A stretch of 63,583 bases of DNA from a virus (taxonomy: Duplodnaviria; Caudoviricetes). Below, one piece after another: positions 51,482 through 63,583 of this stretch. A program made the position numbers and the translations under genes. Position 1 is the first letter of the stretch, and every line of letters begins with the position of its first letter. The notes beneath the pieces are model-generated. The model had not been told where the DNA came from, ran no database searches, and saw nothing but the letters and a program-made list of their open reading frames with translations. The stretch is taken from positions 1 to 63,583 of the IMG/VR virus record IMGVR_UViG_3300036760_000302, one strand, 5' to 3'.

Positions 51482-52051
51482 TTATTTTTTGCCTTTCCCG
51501 ATTCCGCTCGCCAGTACATATATTGTTCCTCCGATGATTGCAACTCCGGCAACCGCCAGAAGTATTATGATGACGGTGTAGTAGCTATATAAGTCAGACC
51601 GTATCTCCTTGTGCGTAACATCATCAATAAACTGCTGGCAGTTGAAGTGCCACGTTTTATACTTACCCTTCCAGCATTTTTGTGCAACTGCCTGAATCCG
51701 CTCAGTAGATGCTCCGGTGTGATAGATTCCAACAAGAGTCTTTCCGACCATGTAGTCCTTGAAGGGTCGCTTGTCAAGACTCCCCATTTCATCGTTCCTA
51801 TTCTCTGGGTGTAAATCATAAACTACTTTTTCTCCGTCCTCAACCGCTACAATACTTAGATGGGCAAACTTTAATATTTTGTCCATGAAAATATCCTTAG
51901 CCGGATTTCGTCTCGTTACCAGAATTGTTCCTTCGCGTACAAGCTCTACCTCTTCAACTATTTCTTCTTCCACAAATTCGATATTATTTGAAATTCTTTT
52001 TAACAACTTCGTCTTTCCAGTACAATTCAATCCCGACCCGATTGCAGTCAC
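51482..52051 (-). CDS. LRAT-like (permuted NlpC/P60) protein with C-terminal TM
   Basis: AHLSI..KYKTWHFNCQQF. Confidence 0.6.
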   Translation of the reverse strand: MTAIGSGLNCTGKTKLLKRISNNIEFVEEEIVEEVELVREGTILVTRRNPAKDIFMDKILKFAHLSIVAVEDGEKVVYDLHPENRNDEMGSLDKRPFKDYMVGKTLVGIYHTGASTERIQAVAQKCWKGKYKTWHFNCQQFIDDVTHKEIRSDLYSYYTVIIILLAVAGVAIIGGTIYVLASGIGKGKK

Positions 52052-55000
52052 TTATAAAATCATCAAGCGTCTGCGGTAGCGGAAGTCTCACTCCGGTTTC
52101 GGGGCGATTCTTGTCAACTCTTATCACATAGCAGTCACTCTGAAAATAAATGCAGTTGTCTTTTACATTCGTAAAGTCGCTACCGAACTCGGACTTCATC
52201 CAGTATTTGAATAGGATAACTCCTTCTGCCTCCAGCCACGTTTCGTAATCCTTGTCGCGCATAGAGGAGAAGTCTTTGGCGTGTACCGGACAAACTTCGC
52301 CAATAGGATTAGCTACGATATTAAAATTGAATGGTTGAGAATAAAATCCAGCTACCGTAAACAGATTCATTGAATGCTTGTCTGGCTCAAGCAATTTGTC
52401 TTTCACTATTTGTAGAAATGGTTTTGCTTGCATAAGGCTATTCTTCTAATAATTTTTGTTCCTGTTTTATTTTGTTAGACCCTGAGCTTGGTTTATTAAA
52501 TCCGATGGTGATACTGTTGAGCCACTCCAAGATAATAACTTCTGCATAGGATATAGCCTCAATAGCGGTCTCAAATCTTTTTTCTTGTTGTTCGTCCGTG
52601 AAGGGAAAGTAACTACGAGGGGAAATGGCGTACCAACTATTCTTCCCGTTCCAGACTTGACCTAATGATGGAACATATCTGGCTACCACAACAGCTTTTC
52701 TCATCGTTCCCAGATGGAGTATATAGTCATGTCCGTCAGGAGTCCATCTGTCTGGAGCTTTTTTATTTTGTTCTACTTCATTCATTGTAAATTATTATTT
52801 TTAGCAATCCTTCCAAGTATTTTTTCTAATTGTCTTTTTCGTGAATGGCTTTTTGCTTCGCTCATCATCCCTTCCAAGCGACAAATATCTCCATACAGCT
52901 CAACATTTTTCGTTAAAACTACTGGCTTTGAAAATTCAGTTGAGGCGCTAATCCTCTCTAAGTATTTTTCTGATAGTTTCATTTTATTTCTTCTTTTTGT
53001 TCAACAGGAATTTGCGAATCTTTTTCCTTGCAGATATTATACCACGCATATATGAACTGTCCTTGACGGTTATATCCGAACAGCGCATCCATTTCATTCT
53101 TCACTAAGTTATATTTCACATGATGACCATTAGGAAAGTAAGTGTGTGATATTTTTATCATCTTCCTTTGTATTTATAACTGGTTTTGTATGCCGGACAT
53201 TTCTGATGTGACTTGCATGATAAAGAGGCGGTGATAATTGATATAGCTAATAATAGCATGACGAGCACTCTCTTTTTTAAAGTTTTCATCGTAAGAACAG
53301 GCATTTATATTTCCACCACTTGAAATCCCATAGAGCAATGAAGAGATTGAATGTTGTTCTGAAAATAATATCTATCAGATGCCAAATGAATGTAAGAATG
53401 TAGAATATGAGTATGATAATGTATTTCATGTTAGTTGAGTTTTCCGGTTTTGTACATTGATTTATTCATCAGGTCATTGAAAAATTCTTTCTTGGCATTC
53501 TTTCCGGTCGGCATAACAACAATATGTCCTGACGGGACGTGTTTCTCGACTCTATAAAAAACTTCCTCATTGATTGGCTCTCCGTTGCTGTCATGCTTGA
53601 AGCCTCTGAATCGAGTAAGAACCATCCCGATGATTTCATCGAGCATGGGCTGTAATTCTTCCTTTGGAATATCCTCGTACTTCTTGTGGTTCATATCCGA
53701 TTTAATGTAAATGATTGTCCGTGTTTTACAATAGCGTACTTTCCTTCAATTCCAGAGCCGTCAATTACTACCGGAGAAAATTTCGCTGAGGACTTATAAA
53801 TCTTTTTCTTGTACTTCTGCTTGTGCTTCGATATTTTATATGCGTTTTCGTTGTCGCCAGAAGGAATCCTTAACTTCACAACTCCATCCTTGTACGAGAA
53901 TAGTATCTTGTTGGAGTCAATGAGTTTGATGGCGGACTTATTTAAGTGAGCCTCGAACAAATTGTTTGAGTGAACCTTTCTTTTAGCAATCGTAATTGTT
54001 GGTGTTTTCATTATAGTTTAATTATTTCATTTCTTACATCAGTCCAAAATTCATAGTGACCAGATTGCTCGTAATTTCTATCATCCACGTTCCATTGTGA
54101 TTCTGCATCGTTCATAATTTCAATTACGCAGACCAGAGTAGATTTCTTAGCATTCTCCAAATCAATACCTTCGAGTACCGCCAATATATTAGCCGACTCT
54201 TGGTCTTGGAACTGCAAGAATTTTTTAACCAACTCTTCCGCTTTTTCTTTTGATGTTTGTGTCATAGTTTTTCCAGTTCTGATTTTACGGAATCATAATA
54301 TCTTCTCTCTTCCACTCCAAGACCGTAATCTTTGAACTCGTAATGAGCATTTACGATTTCATCCAGACATTCCAGCGCAAGGCTTTTAGCCAGAGCTGTA
54401 TGTGCATCAAAGTGCATTAGGCGGGTCGGAATCATTTTATAGAATCGCTCCCTGAGCTCGTATGCTCTTTCTTTTGGTGTTAATTTTACTTCCATGTCCG
54501 AGATTATTTTATTGTGTCGCCTTCTTTGTATAGTATGCTAAAGCATTTAGGCATTACAAGTTCGATAGCAAAGCTGTCATTCCTTATGACATATAGCTCG
54601 CTAAAGGCATCATTGTTATTCTTTTTGAGCACCCTGTATCCTCTGTACTTATTGATTGGAAACTTATGGTTTACTTCGGTGTTACTATCCGAGCATGAAG
54701 CAAGGAATATAATCGAGAATAGGAAAAGTGTTATGATGTTTTTCATTTTTATTTATTTATTTTGTACCGTTTCGTTCTTCTTCAAATTTTATTCTTCTCT
54801 TTGTTAGTCTGCTATTGTATTTAGCGATTGCGCCTTCAAAGACTTGGATGGTTTGTTCATAATTAAGCTCTGTCGGCAGAATGGAGTTTGGATTTGCTTT
54901 AAGGAACTCTAATTGCTTTACCATCACATACTGCATTTTCTTTTTGCAGTTAGATATAATCATGGTTGCAAACTCTTCTTTGATTGCCTCTATTCGCTCG

Positions 55001-55296
55001 AACTCGGCTATGTCCGGCAACTGCTCCTGTGCTTTAAGCCAGACCTGCTCTGCTATTACTGGGTTATTAATCGGAGCTAATTGCTTTTTCTTCTTCTCCT
55101 TAATTTCGGTGAAGATGACTCCGGTTTCCTTGTCTTTGCAGATAATCGTTCCGACCCTTACATGGAAATCACAATCAATGATGCTTTCGCCCTCAACGAA
55201 ATCATCCTTCTTTGGCTTTTCGCCAATGATGATGTCGCGGATGATTTTTATTTCATCCACTGTTTCGGTCTCAGGCGCTTTTACTTCGTCTGTCAT
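51984..55296 (-). CDS. Small hypothetical proteins, including tandem related pair 54011..54265 and 54262..54495 and lipoprotein 54504..54746
   Basis: T(S/P)KE(K/R)AxEL..V..E..KL in both; LASC lipobox. Confidence 0.55.
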
Positions 55297-55301
55297 TTTT
55301 T

Positions 55302-56543
55302 TTAGTTCTGTGGTAGATGAGTTAGCTCAAGTTGTCCGGTTTTCTTTTGGCGTACAAATGGTTTGTCGAAGTCGTCAATCTTCTCCATTATAGTCATGGC
55401 TTGAGATTCTAAGTCGTAGCGCTCATCAGCGTCCGCATTTTTGTGCGCGTAGTATGTGAGTGCTTGTGCTACTCCGAACGGAGAAACGTCTGCTCCTTTT
55501 ACGAAGTAGTCGAGAATATTTTTTTCTTTCTCTTCGCCCATGTTGAATGAAGCGCAAACATTTTTTACAGTATCAAATGGGTTTTTCAATTCCTTACTTG
55601 CAAGTCTTTCCAGCTTGTTTATTTTCGCTCCGAGATATTCTTTGGAGGTATAAGTTCGGATATTGTCTTTAATCTGAGATATGATAAGCTCACGATTTTT
55701 CTCTTTAGTCTCTTCGCTCCACTTGATTTCAGAGAACTCTTCCATCTCAGCTCCTAAGTGCTTCTTTTGGAAGGCATCTTCAATGAAAGTGAATCCGTTA
55801 TCGCAGGCGAGAATGGTCGCTCTGGGGGATATTGAGAACTGACCGTGACCGACCTCAGAATTGGTGATAACAAAGCCGGATACGACCCCTGTATTGCCCT
55901 TTCCGCTTCCGTCAGGGACACGATACTGCTTTAAGAGGTTCGGAGCTTGCATTTCGATAGAAGGGGCTGAGAATCGAGCATAAAAGCGTTTCTCGGTGAT
56001 TTCTCCTTTGATGTCGAAGAACTTAGGGTCAATGCCAGACCTCTGGATAGCTTCAAGGCACGCAAAGAGGATGTCATAGTTGTCAATGGTGTTAAACCTG
56101 TCCGATAATAATGCCCTTACAACTCCTTCTCCTTTGGCTGGGTCAATGAAGGTTCTAACCAGATAATTCTTTTCTCCGCCTCCCTTGAACCAATGACTGA
56201 CGTTGTGGTCGAGGAGCTTTACATTTTCTTTGCTGTGCATCTTATCGTAATACCTTTTTGGGATTCCCAGCTTCTCAGATATATGCTGATGACAAACATC
56301 GAGCGGGAGTAATGAAATCCTGCGCTCTGTTTCCGCCAAATCATTCGGAACAGAAATGCCAGTCCCTACCAATAGGTCATGAAGGGCTTTACTTTCAGCA
56401 TTGTAATTTACAATACGGAGCTCTCCGTTCTTCATTTCAATGAAGGCTGATGGAACAACAAAATCTTTTTTGATTTTGACTTGATTCTTTAAGTCCTCTA
56501 CAAGTTTTTGTAGGTCAAGATTCTTTTCTGATTTTGTTTTCAT
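55302..56543 (-). CDS. DUF932-like phage protein
   Basis: VRALLSDRF..IDN..ITNSEVG..LACDNG. Confidence 0.65.
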   Translation of the reverse strand: MKTKSEKNLDLQKLVEDLKNQVKIKKDFVVPSAFIEMKNGELRIVNYNAESKALHDLLVGTGISVPNDLAETERRISLLPLDVCHQHISEKLGIPKRYYDKMHSKENVKLLDHNVSHWFKGGGEKNYLVRTFIDPAKGEGVVRALLSDRFNTIDNYDILFACLEAIQRSGIDPKFFDIKGEITEKRFYARFSAPSIEMQAPNLLKQYRVPDGSGKGNTGVVSGFVITNSEVGHGQFSISPRATILACDNGFTFIEDAFQKKHLGAEMEEFSEIKWSEETKEKNRELIISQIKDNIRTYTSKEYLGAKINKLERLASKELKNPFDTVKNVCASFNMGEEKEKNILDYFVKGADVSPFGVAQALTYYAHKNADADERYDLESQAMTIMEKIDDFDKPFVRQKKTGQLELTHLPQN

Positions 56544-56555
56544 GAAATAGTTGGA

Positions 56556-57290
56556 TTAGTTTTGTTCCTGATATACGGCATTCTTTTCTTTGATGCTCAC
56601 GATATGGCGGTAAAGAGACGCGGTGAAGTCCTTACGGTTCTGTTCCGAGTCATCTCCGAATCCTTCAAACCACAGTTCGGCTTCATCCAGACAAAGAACA
56701 GCAAGGTCTTTATCGGTATTGATTTTTCCTTCCGCTTTTTTCTGTTCGTAAATCTCCACGCTTCCGGTGAAGTCATTCCATTCTTTTTTAGAGCTGTTAT
56801 AGAATTTTCTATCCTTCCTTCCGGTCTCCACATATTCGAGAGCTTGCTTGGTTCTGCGAGTACCATCGGCATCCATTGACTCAGAGATAATGGCAGTCAC
56901 CTCTTCTTTAGTCCATCCGTGATAGGTGTTATGGACGTTGCAGGCTTTTTGACATTCCTCGAAGGTGTTAAATTCTGTTTTGAGGGGATTATCTTCAACG
57001 GAAATGTAGCCACCGTCTTTGAGAACATCTGCTCCGACCCACTTACTGTTCTTCTTCAAAACCGGATACTGTACATATACGGTTTTTCCTTCGTCAATAA
57101 CAGGATAGCCGAACTTTTCTATTGTATTAGACTTATTGCTGATTATCGCAGAAGATTTTTTGCCCGCATTCGATTTTGTGCGTTTTACAACCTTCGCTTT
57201 TCTGACTTTTTTGGGTGTATTTTTTGACTTTGTTTTTGATACAGGCTTCCTCGAAGTCTTTACCTTTTTTGCATCCTTTTTCTTTTTCAT
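56556..57290 (-). CDS. Hypothetical protein with Lys-rich N-terminus
   Basis: 244-aa ORF. Confidence 0.6.
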   Translation of the reverse strand: MKKKKDAKKVKTSRKPVSKTKSKNTPKKVRKAKVVKRTKSNAGKKSSAIISNKSNTIEKFGYPVIDEGKTVYVQYPVLKKNSKWVGADVLKDGGYISVEDNPLKTEFNTFEECQKACNVHNTYHGWTKEEVTAIISESMDADGTRRTKQALEYVETGRKDRKFYNSSKKEWNDFTGSVEIYEQKKAEGKINTDKDLAVLCLDEAELWFEGFGDDSEQNRKDFTASLYRHIVSIKEKNAVYQEQN

Positions 57291-57365
57291 GATACGAATT
57301 TATATTTTTTTGCCCGCTTGGGTTAATTGTTGATAACTATTTTTGCCCTCTTTTGAAAATACTGA

Positions 57366-57785
57366 TTATTTAACATCTGTTATTCTGGGTAATCTCCCAG
57401 CTTCCAGTATTGGTAAATTAGCTTCTGTGGGCACATAGATGACATTATTAGACTTATCAATGTTGTCAATCCAGAACCAGTGTAGGTAAGCATCGGTTAA
57501 GGATTGTCCGATAATCTGGTTGCTCCGAGCAATACCGTGCGCCCTGATTGTGTCTGCTTGTGCAAGAAGTGATGCGCTTTCCATTTTCGCTTTTGCTTCT
57601 GCTACTGCAACTTCTTTTGATGCTTGTGCGTGAGCTAACAATGATTCTCCATCCAGTCGTGCTGAATAGACTGAATACTGTGGACATCCCCACATACATA
57701 GAATGATAAATCCTACTACGAAGAATAGGACGAAGGACGTGAATCCTAAAATACTTCCGGTTGAATACTCGCTGTCGTTTGACAT
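57366..57785 (-). CDS. SPFH/prohibitin-like membrane protein
   Basis: TM followed by EAKAK..AHGIA.SN..YL..VIYVPTEANLPILEA. Confidence 0.65.
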   Translation of the reverse strand: MSNDSEYSTGSILGFTSFVLFFVVGFIILCMWGCPQYSVYSARLDGESLLAHAQASKEVAVAEAKAKMESASLLAQADTIRAHGIARSNQIIGQSLTDAYLHWFWIDNIDKSNNVIYVPTEANLPILEAGRLPRITDVK

Positions 57786-57907
57786 GATATTTGGTTTTAA
57801 ATTGTTATTGTTGATTTATTTTTAAAGAGTCGCAGATTTTCTTTTGCTTTACGGTTAGTTGATTGTATGGGATAAATACATAATTATTGTTGTATTCATC
57901 ATTGGGG

Positions 57908-58342
57908 TTATCCCATTCCAATCCATCTACCGTTACACTCTCGGTCAAGGTCAATTAACTTCTTCTGCTCCATAAAAAATCCGGTGCGCTCTGCTTCAAT
58001 GGATGACATTAAATCCTTGTATAGTGATACATCGAAAGTAGGATTGCTTTCCTGAATCCATTTCATAAGCGTTCCGCCTTTTTCATTTCCGTATCGTCCT
58101 TCGATAAGGGCTGGATAGATTTCTTTGAACGCATTCTTGTATTGGTCTGCCACCTGTGCTTTCTGTGAAATTATTTTCCAGAGCTTATCGTAAAATGCCT
58201 CGCATACTTTTTGCTGGGCTTCAATGTGATTCTTTAGTGAAATCTCTGAGTTACTCGAAGAGACATACGTGAGTGCTGTGATGAGTCCCAAGAACCCGAT
58301 GATGAGTCCGGTTAAGATGAGAGCTTTGATTTTTGTTGTCAT
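57908..58342 (-). CDS. LemA-like protein, possibly truncated
   Basis: TM plus WIQESNP..Y..L..IEAER..F..Q. Confidence 0.5.
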   Translation of the reverse strand: MTTKIKALILTGLIIGFLGLITALTYVSSSNSEISLKNHIEAQQKVCEAFYDKLWKIISQKAQVADQYKNAFKEIYPALIEGRYGNEKGGTLMKWIQESNPTFDVSLYKDLMSSIEAERTGFFMEQKKLIDLDRECNGRWIGMG

Positions 58343-58376
58343 TGTTGTTGGTTTTTATTGGTTGATTTTTGATTTT

Positions 58377-58817
58377 TTATACTCTTGAGAGGTAGAGATA
58401 TGCTTTATGGTACTGTTCAATCCGGTCAAGGTCTTTCTTGCCTATACCTTTTAAGCGGGTGATGTCGCTATTATCTTTTAGGTCAGCGAGCTTAACTGTT
58501 AGGGCATCTTCATTGAGTGCGATAGGCTTTATGTAGTCGTGATAAGGAATGCTTTTGTCGTGCGTTAGTATTCCGACCGCAGTGACCACACGCTCTTCAA
58601 ATCCCATTTTGTATAGGTCTGCAAGCGTAACTGGTTCTGGGTCGTCTTTGGTATCTTCGACCACATCATGCAGAACAGCGATTATCATACGGATGGTATG
58701 TGGAGAGACAGAAAACATCACACGGATACAATGAAGCATATACGGCTGTCCACCTTTATCGGTTCTGCTTTCAAAAACTTTTGATGCGAGTGCGATTGCT
58801 TTCCCTAATTGACTCAT
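58377..58817 (-). CDS. HD-domain hydrolase (SpoT/Mesh1-like)
   Basis: PYMLH..AVLHDVVEDT..LTH..VKLAD..N. Confidence 0.8.
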   Translation of the reverse strand: MSQLGKAIALASKVFESRTDKGGQPYMLHCIRVMFSVSPHTIRMIIAVLHDVVEDTKDDPEPVTLADLYKMGFEERVVTAVGILTHDKSIPYHDYIKPIALNEDALTVKLADLKDNSDITRLKGIGKKDLDRIEQYHKAYLYLSRV

Positions 58818-60079
58818 AGGCGATGGGTGTTTTTTCTTTTTTGTTTAAAATATTCCTCTCGTGCTTTTTTATTATTTGCAAGTATCCATGCGTTTTTAAG
58901 ACTTCCGAAATATCGAATATAACTTACGGAATGGTATTCGCTCGAATGCTTGTATATGTCCCATCCAGACGGAATTTTATTTATCTGAACAAACAATTCT
59001 TTTAAATACAATAGCATTTTTTCTTTTTTTAATTCTCTTTTAGTTTTTATTTCGTATTTGCTAATCAGTACAGGTCTTAGTTCTGTCAGCATAGGGACGC
59101 TTATTCCTAATTTTATAGCTTCTTCTGATGAGGGTATTCTGCCTATTTTTTTGCATAATGGCAATATTTTACTTATAAATTCATTCCTTCTGCCATTTTT
59201 TCTTTTCTGGGAATTTTTATTTTTGTATGATTTGTATTCAGTATTAATGATTTCACCTACAATCCCCCTAACTCTTTCGACTGATATATTGTATTTTCTG
59301 GCAATTTCCAAATGCGTCATTCCTTTGGTATAGTCGTTAGTAATTTTTCTATCTCTATCATCTCTTTCTTCTTTTGTAATATATGGTTTTCCCATCTCAA
59401 GTCTTTTGTTGGTGTACTCTTCTTCTCGCACCTTCTTCTTGCTTTTATGTGTATCTTCTGTATGCTTCGATGGAAATTTCCTTTTTACCATTAATTTCTG
59501 TATGTCAAACTTTTGAATTGCTCCTTTAAATCTTTTTGCTATTACAGAGCAAGCGTAAATAAACTCATTATGTAAGAGATTATTTTTCATAAAATTTACA
59601 CTATCATCTACCCATTGCATATTTTTTATGTCCCCATACTGTCCGCCTCTTGATTTTGGGATGATATGGTCTATTGAAGCATTCCTGCCTATTATTAACT
59701 TTATTTCTGTATATGGACATACTCCCTTTTGATTATTAAATAAATTCAACAATTCTTGCCACCTACTTGCAGTCCTGAAATACTTGAGTGATGAAGCCTT
59801 TAGTATGCACGTTTCACAGCATATTCTTCCTTTTAGTATTTTATTTTTACCGCACCATGTACAAATGCCAGATAGTAGATTTTCTTTTTTCTTTTCATGT
59901 TGGTACTCCCTGTATTTTTCTCTACATTTTGGACACATTGTAATCTTACTATTCCGCCTTAATTTTTTCTTTCGACAGCTCGTGCAGATTCCGAGTCGTA
60001 ACATTTTTTGTCGCGCTCTTCTTGAGTATAGGGAATTAGCTACCCTTCGATACTTTTTAGGAATTGTTTTTCCGTTCAT
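58814..60079 (-). CDS. HNH endonuclease with HTH domains
   Basis: CPYT..SIDHIIPKSRGG..NMQWV..NFMK. Confidence 0.8.
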   Translation of the reverse strand: MNGKTIPKKYRRVANSLYSRRARQKMLRLGICTSCRKKKLRRNSKITMCPKCREKYREYQHEKKKENLLSGICTWCGKNKILKGRICCETCILKASSLKYFRTASRWQELLNLFNNQKGVCPYTEIKLIIGRNASIDHIIPKSRGGQYGDIKNMQWVDDSVNFMKNNLLHNEFIYACSVIAKRFKGAIQKFDIQKLMVKRKFPSKHTEDTHKSKKKVREEEYTNKRLEMGKPYITKEERDDRDRKITNDYTKGMTHLEIARKYNISVERVRGIVGEIINTEYKSYKNKNSQKRKNGRRNEFISKILPLCKKIGRIPSSEEAIKLGISVPMLTELRPVLISKYEIKTKRELKKEKMLLYLKELFVQINKIPSGWDIYKHSSEYHSVSYIRYFGSLKNAWILANNKKAREEYFKQKRKNTHRL

Positions 60080-60248
60080 GCTTGTCGGATATAAATGCCA
60101 GCTACGGCTATGTGCTTAACGACTCATTCCAAAAGGAAGGAATCCATAGCTTTCGCTGACAAAAAAAAAGAAAAGATATTTTAGTTGAAGTATTTCATTG
60201 GAAATGAATCGTTAAGCATTGCAAATATAATAAATATATCATTAGCTG

Positions 60249-63123
60249 TTATTTAATAATTTCTTCTTCTGACCCTTGAACGGATGATGCGCTATCTTGC
60301 TTGAATGTCTCCATCCTCTCTAATCTCAAGAAAACTTGCCTTTCAAATTTTTGCCCTAAGAAATGAAGATAGGTGCTGTTTGCGCTAATTATTTCCTTAA
60401 CCGGAAAAACATATTTTCCATAATCATCTTCTAAAAGTATTTTATCGAAAGCAGTTGTCGGCACTGAGAAAAAATGATGATTAAATCCATACGCATTGAA
60501 TTTTCTGAACAAATGTTTAGCTCGTTCACGTTTTACGGCAAATACTTTTTGTTTCGGGTCAATTACTCCCAGCTTCCGGTGTTCTCCTTTTGCCAGACGT
60601 AGATAGACAGTAGCTCCTTTCGAGTACAGCCTATTCCCGTGCGTATCGGTCATGTCGTATTCTTTGTACGAGACTGGTTGAGATATTTTTGTGTTCTCTC
60701 TTTTTGATGAGGCGTTTTCCGAAATGTCATTTTTGTATTCAGACTTGACCTGCTTCCATACGCTGATGATTTCTTCAATGTCGGTCAGCTTTTTATTGAC
60801 CATTTCATTTAAAAGCTCCTTTGCGGTCATAACTTCATAGTCGAGCCCGTTATTTTTCAAATCGCCTTTCAAAGTATGGGCGATGAAAAAATTCACATCT
60901 TCATCCGGTTTTTTGATGTAGATGTTTCGGATATGTTCAAGTAACTTCGAGTCCATTTTATCTAAGGTGTTCGGTGATGAGTTTATATATTGCCAGATGC
61001 GCTACTTCAATAAGTGGGTTTCGGCTCGGCAAATATATCAACTGCTTTTTATGTAGATGTTTCACATCGGCAATGACTACGAAATTAAAATCGGTATTCT
61101 TCATAGTTCCCATTTCATAGGAATATCTGCCGGACGATTTTAATTTTTCGTACACCTTCATGAGTGAGTCCCACGATGAGTGATATGTAAGGCTCTGGGC
61201 TCGGTAGTGACCCTTTTCGCTCAGTCCGAACACTCTGCCCTGCTTATCAATTTTACCTCCCATGAACAAGGCGATTGCCATGTTCATGTCGGCAGTAGTT
61301 GGCTCGCTTGTCTTTGTTGTAGTTGTCATGTCAATTATTTTTTGCCTGTATTTTTTAATGTAACTTCTTTTTATCGTCCGGTGGAGAGCCTAAGAGCATC
61401 GTTCCTTTACTGATTGTATTTAAAAGTGCCGGAGTAGAGCCACAATATTTACCGATGTTTTTCATTAGCTGATTCATCCCCTCGTAAAAGTTTTTCATAA
61501 ATAGCTCCGACTCTTCCGAGTATGGAATGATTTTGAAATAGTCTGGGCGATACCTTGCGTGCCTTAAACTTTTTCCGTCCGCGTCATTGATATAATCAAT
61601 CCTCCCGTTATTGTTGTACTCGGTGGCAACCCAGTATTTGAATCTAATAAAAGAATATCCTTCATCCTGATAATCTCCGCCTCTTGACCATCTAATGTCG
61701 TCCGACTTGTATTCAAAGTCAGCAACAATAACTTTTCTTTTAGCGGTCTTAGCTTTTTCATAGAAGGAGACATATTCCTTCAATAGTTTCTCCAGTTCAG
61801 ATTGACTGGCGGTTACGAGCCTTTTCTGAGTAACGTCCACTCCGCCATATTGATATTCGCCTCCACTGCTCGGTGAGTTAGATTTTCTTGGATGCCTTAA
61901 ATCCAACTCCACTTGCTTCTCGGCAATAAATAATTCCGCAATACAGAACATACTGGTCGGTAATGAAAGATAGAAGCTGTCTCCATTAGTTTCATAATGG
62001 ATGGCTGTAACTTTCTTTTCGTTACCGATGTAATAGTTTATGTTTTTTATTTTAGGCATTACTTTATTTCTTCCAGAACATTCTTTGGTACATCTTTCCA
62101 CTCCTGCAACGACCTGACCTCCATAATCTGCTCCCATGACAGAGCTGACGGATTTACACTCCAGCCTTTTAACTCACAGTAGTCGAATGCGATTTGACCG
62201 CGCCTGCGGATTACTTCATCATGTTGTTCTTGATTGAAGCTCATGGGGTGGGGTATTTAATTTCCAAGTTACCTTTCTTGAGTGCTTCGAGATTTTCTTT
62301 CCATCCAGAGACGAGCGCGGAGTCTGCTTGGTAGTTCATTTCCTGCTCTTCTTTTTCTCGGCACTCTATCGCCATTCTTAAAGCGATTTCCAGATTGCCC
62401 TTGTGGATAGTTGAATTTTCTTTTGACATTTTATTTTATTTTAGATAAATGTTGATTCATCATTTCACGGCAAGTCGCTTCATAATTTGAAATGAACATA
62501 TCCTTGTCAGCGATGCTTCGATTGCGGAGATTTGAAATTTTAGACTGCAACATTTTTTCATCACCGCCCATGCAATTAAATCTCAAATCGTCTTGCTGGT
62601 CTCCATCAATAATGACTTCTACGATTGATAGAGGAGATTCGTGCGCTACGATTTCTGCTTTAGATGGAGCTGTTGGTTCTGCTGTCTCAGCGATATAGGC
62701 TTTTCCGTTTGGAGATAGAACCATTTCTACTGAATATTCTTTTTGTGGCTCGATGCTAAGTGTCTCTGGAGCGATTACGATTTGTCCGTCAAAGGTGCTG
62801 ACCATATTTTCAACATAGTCATTTGTTTTTTCGTTGTGCATCCTTTTGCCTTTCTTGAATACAAGATTGGCTTTTGTGACCGGAGTTTTATCAGCCTTGC
62901 TGACATCGTATGCTTTTTCTTCGTGCGATAATGACATCTCGCAGGTGTATGATACTCCTGTTCTGATGTTGAATTTTATATCGGCATAAACGATTTTGCC
63001 ATCGAATTTACTGATGAATACATCTTTCGTGTGTCCGGTTTTCTTGTTCGTCCATTTTCCTGTGCGAAAAATTAACTTTGCAGTTTTTGTTTCCGGTGCT
63101 GTGCTTGCTACTTGGGTTTCCAT
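60249..63123 (-). CDS. Six hypothetical proteins; 62431..63123 has an internally duplicated domain
   Basis: AKLIF..GK..SKFDGKIV..KAY and ANLVF..GK..STFDGQIV..KAY. Confidence 0.6.
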
Positions 63124-63456
63124 AGATTATTTATTTGATTTATTTTCCTTTTCTGAATGAAGTTTTCTTATCGAAGCCTTTTGATACAATTTTCTGAATG
63201 TCAGTTCTATTGTCAATGATAACTTTTTCTCTGCTGATGAAGTTTGAAATCATGATGTACATATCGTTTGGAGATATGATTTGACCGATGCCAAAATCCG
63301 ACAGGCGGACATTCTTAACCATTGCCTCAAGAGCTCTTCTGCGGAAGCTATTGGTATCAATGAGGCATACAGGGCAGTTTTCTTTTTCATTCACATCGGT
63401 TTTGCGTAGATGGAGGGCGCTGTCAGAATAATTATTTCTCATGTATTGCCTTGAAA

Positions 63457-63583
63457 CTTTATCATGGGAGTGTAAAACCCCGACATCTTTAGATTCGGGG
63501 ATGTAAGCGACCACGTCATGTTGTATTTTAACCTTGTTCTTCAATATATTTTCTAATTATTTCTGTTGAAACATCACCAGTTG
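63457..63583 (-). mobile_element. tnpA: Second copy of the IS200/IS605 tnpA 3' end
   Basis: Exact reverse complement of 1..127. Confidence 0.8.

Noticed and set aside
63140-63544. 134-aa ORF as listed
   Set aside because: Its first ~30 codons come from the IS end; the real gene probably starts near 63442 or was truncated.

Overview
This looks like a 63.6-kb segment of a large (probably jumbo) phage of a Bacteroidota host. The evidence is TTTG-N21-TAnnTTTG promoters, A-rich start contexts, dense small phage-type ORFs, and dnaB/ssb/recT genes. Both window ends are the same 127-bp IS200-like tnpA end in inverted orientation, most likely an assembly break. The left third holds surface-modification genes, an intact IS1595 element and a translation island. 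The island has about 34 tRNA genes in two operons covering all 20 amino acids, six interspersed endonucleases, a circularly permuted tmRNA, a Pth2-like gene with an in-frame TAG at codon 3, and runs of unrecognised stem-closed RNAs. The right two-thirds is a minus-strand block of replication, recombination and hypothetical genes. It includes a DnaB mini-intein, an IscB/omegaRNA element fused in frame to RecT, and an IS1595-derived MITE. The main finding is that each tRNA operon is preceded by promoter, short leader ORF, and mutually exclusive antiterminator/terminator. Each leader's sensor codons match the amino acids of its own operon: 14 amino acids for operon 1, and the other 6 (L,S,Y,Q,H,P) for operon 2. 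This suggests ribosome-mediated attenuation that switches on phage tRNA operons when the matching host tRNAs are depleted. All calls were made by eye without tools, so RNA boundaries may be off by 1-2 nt.
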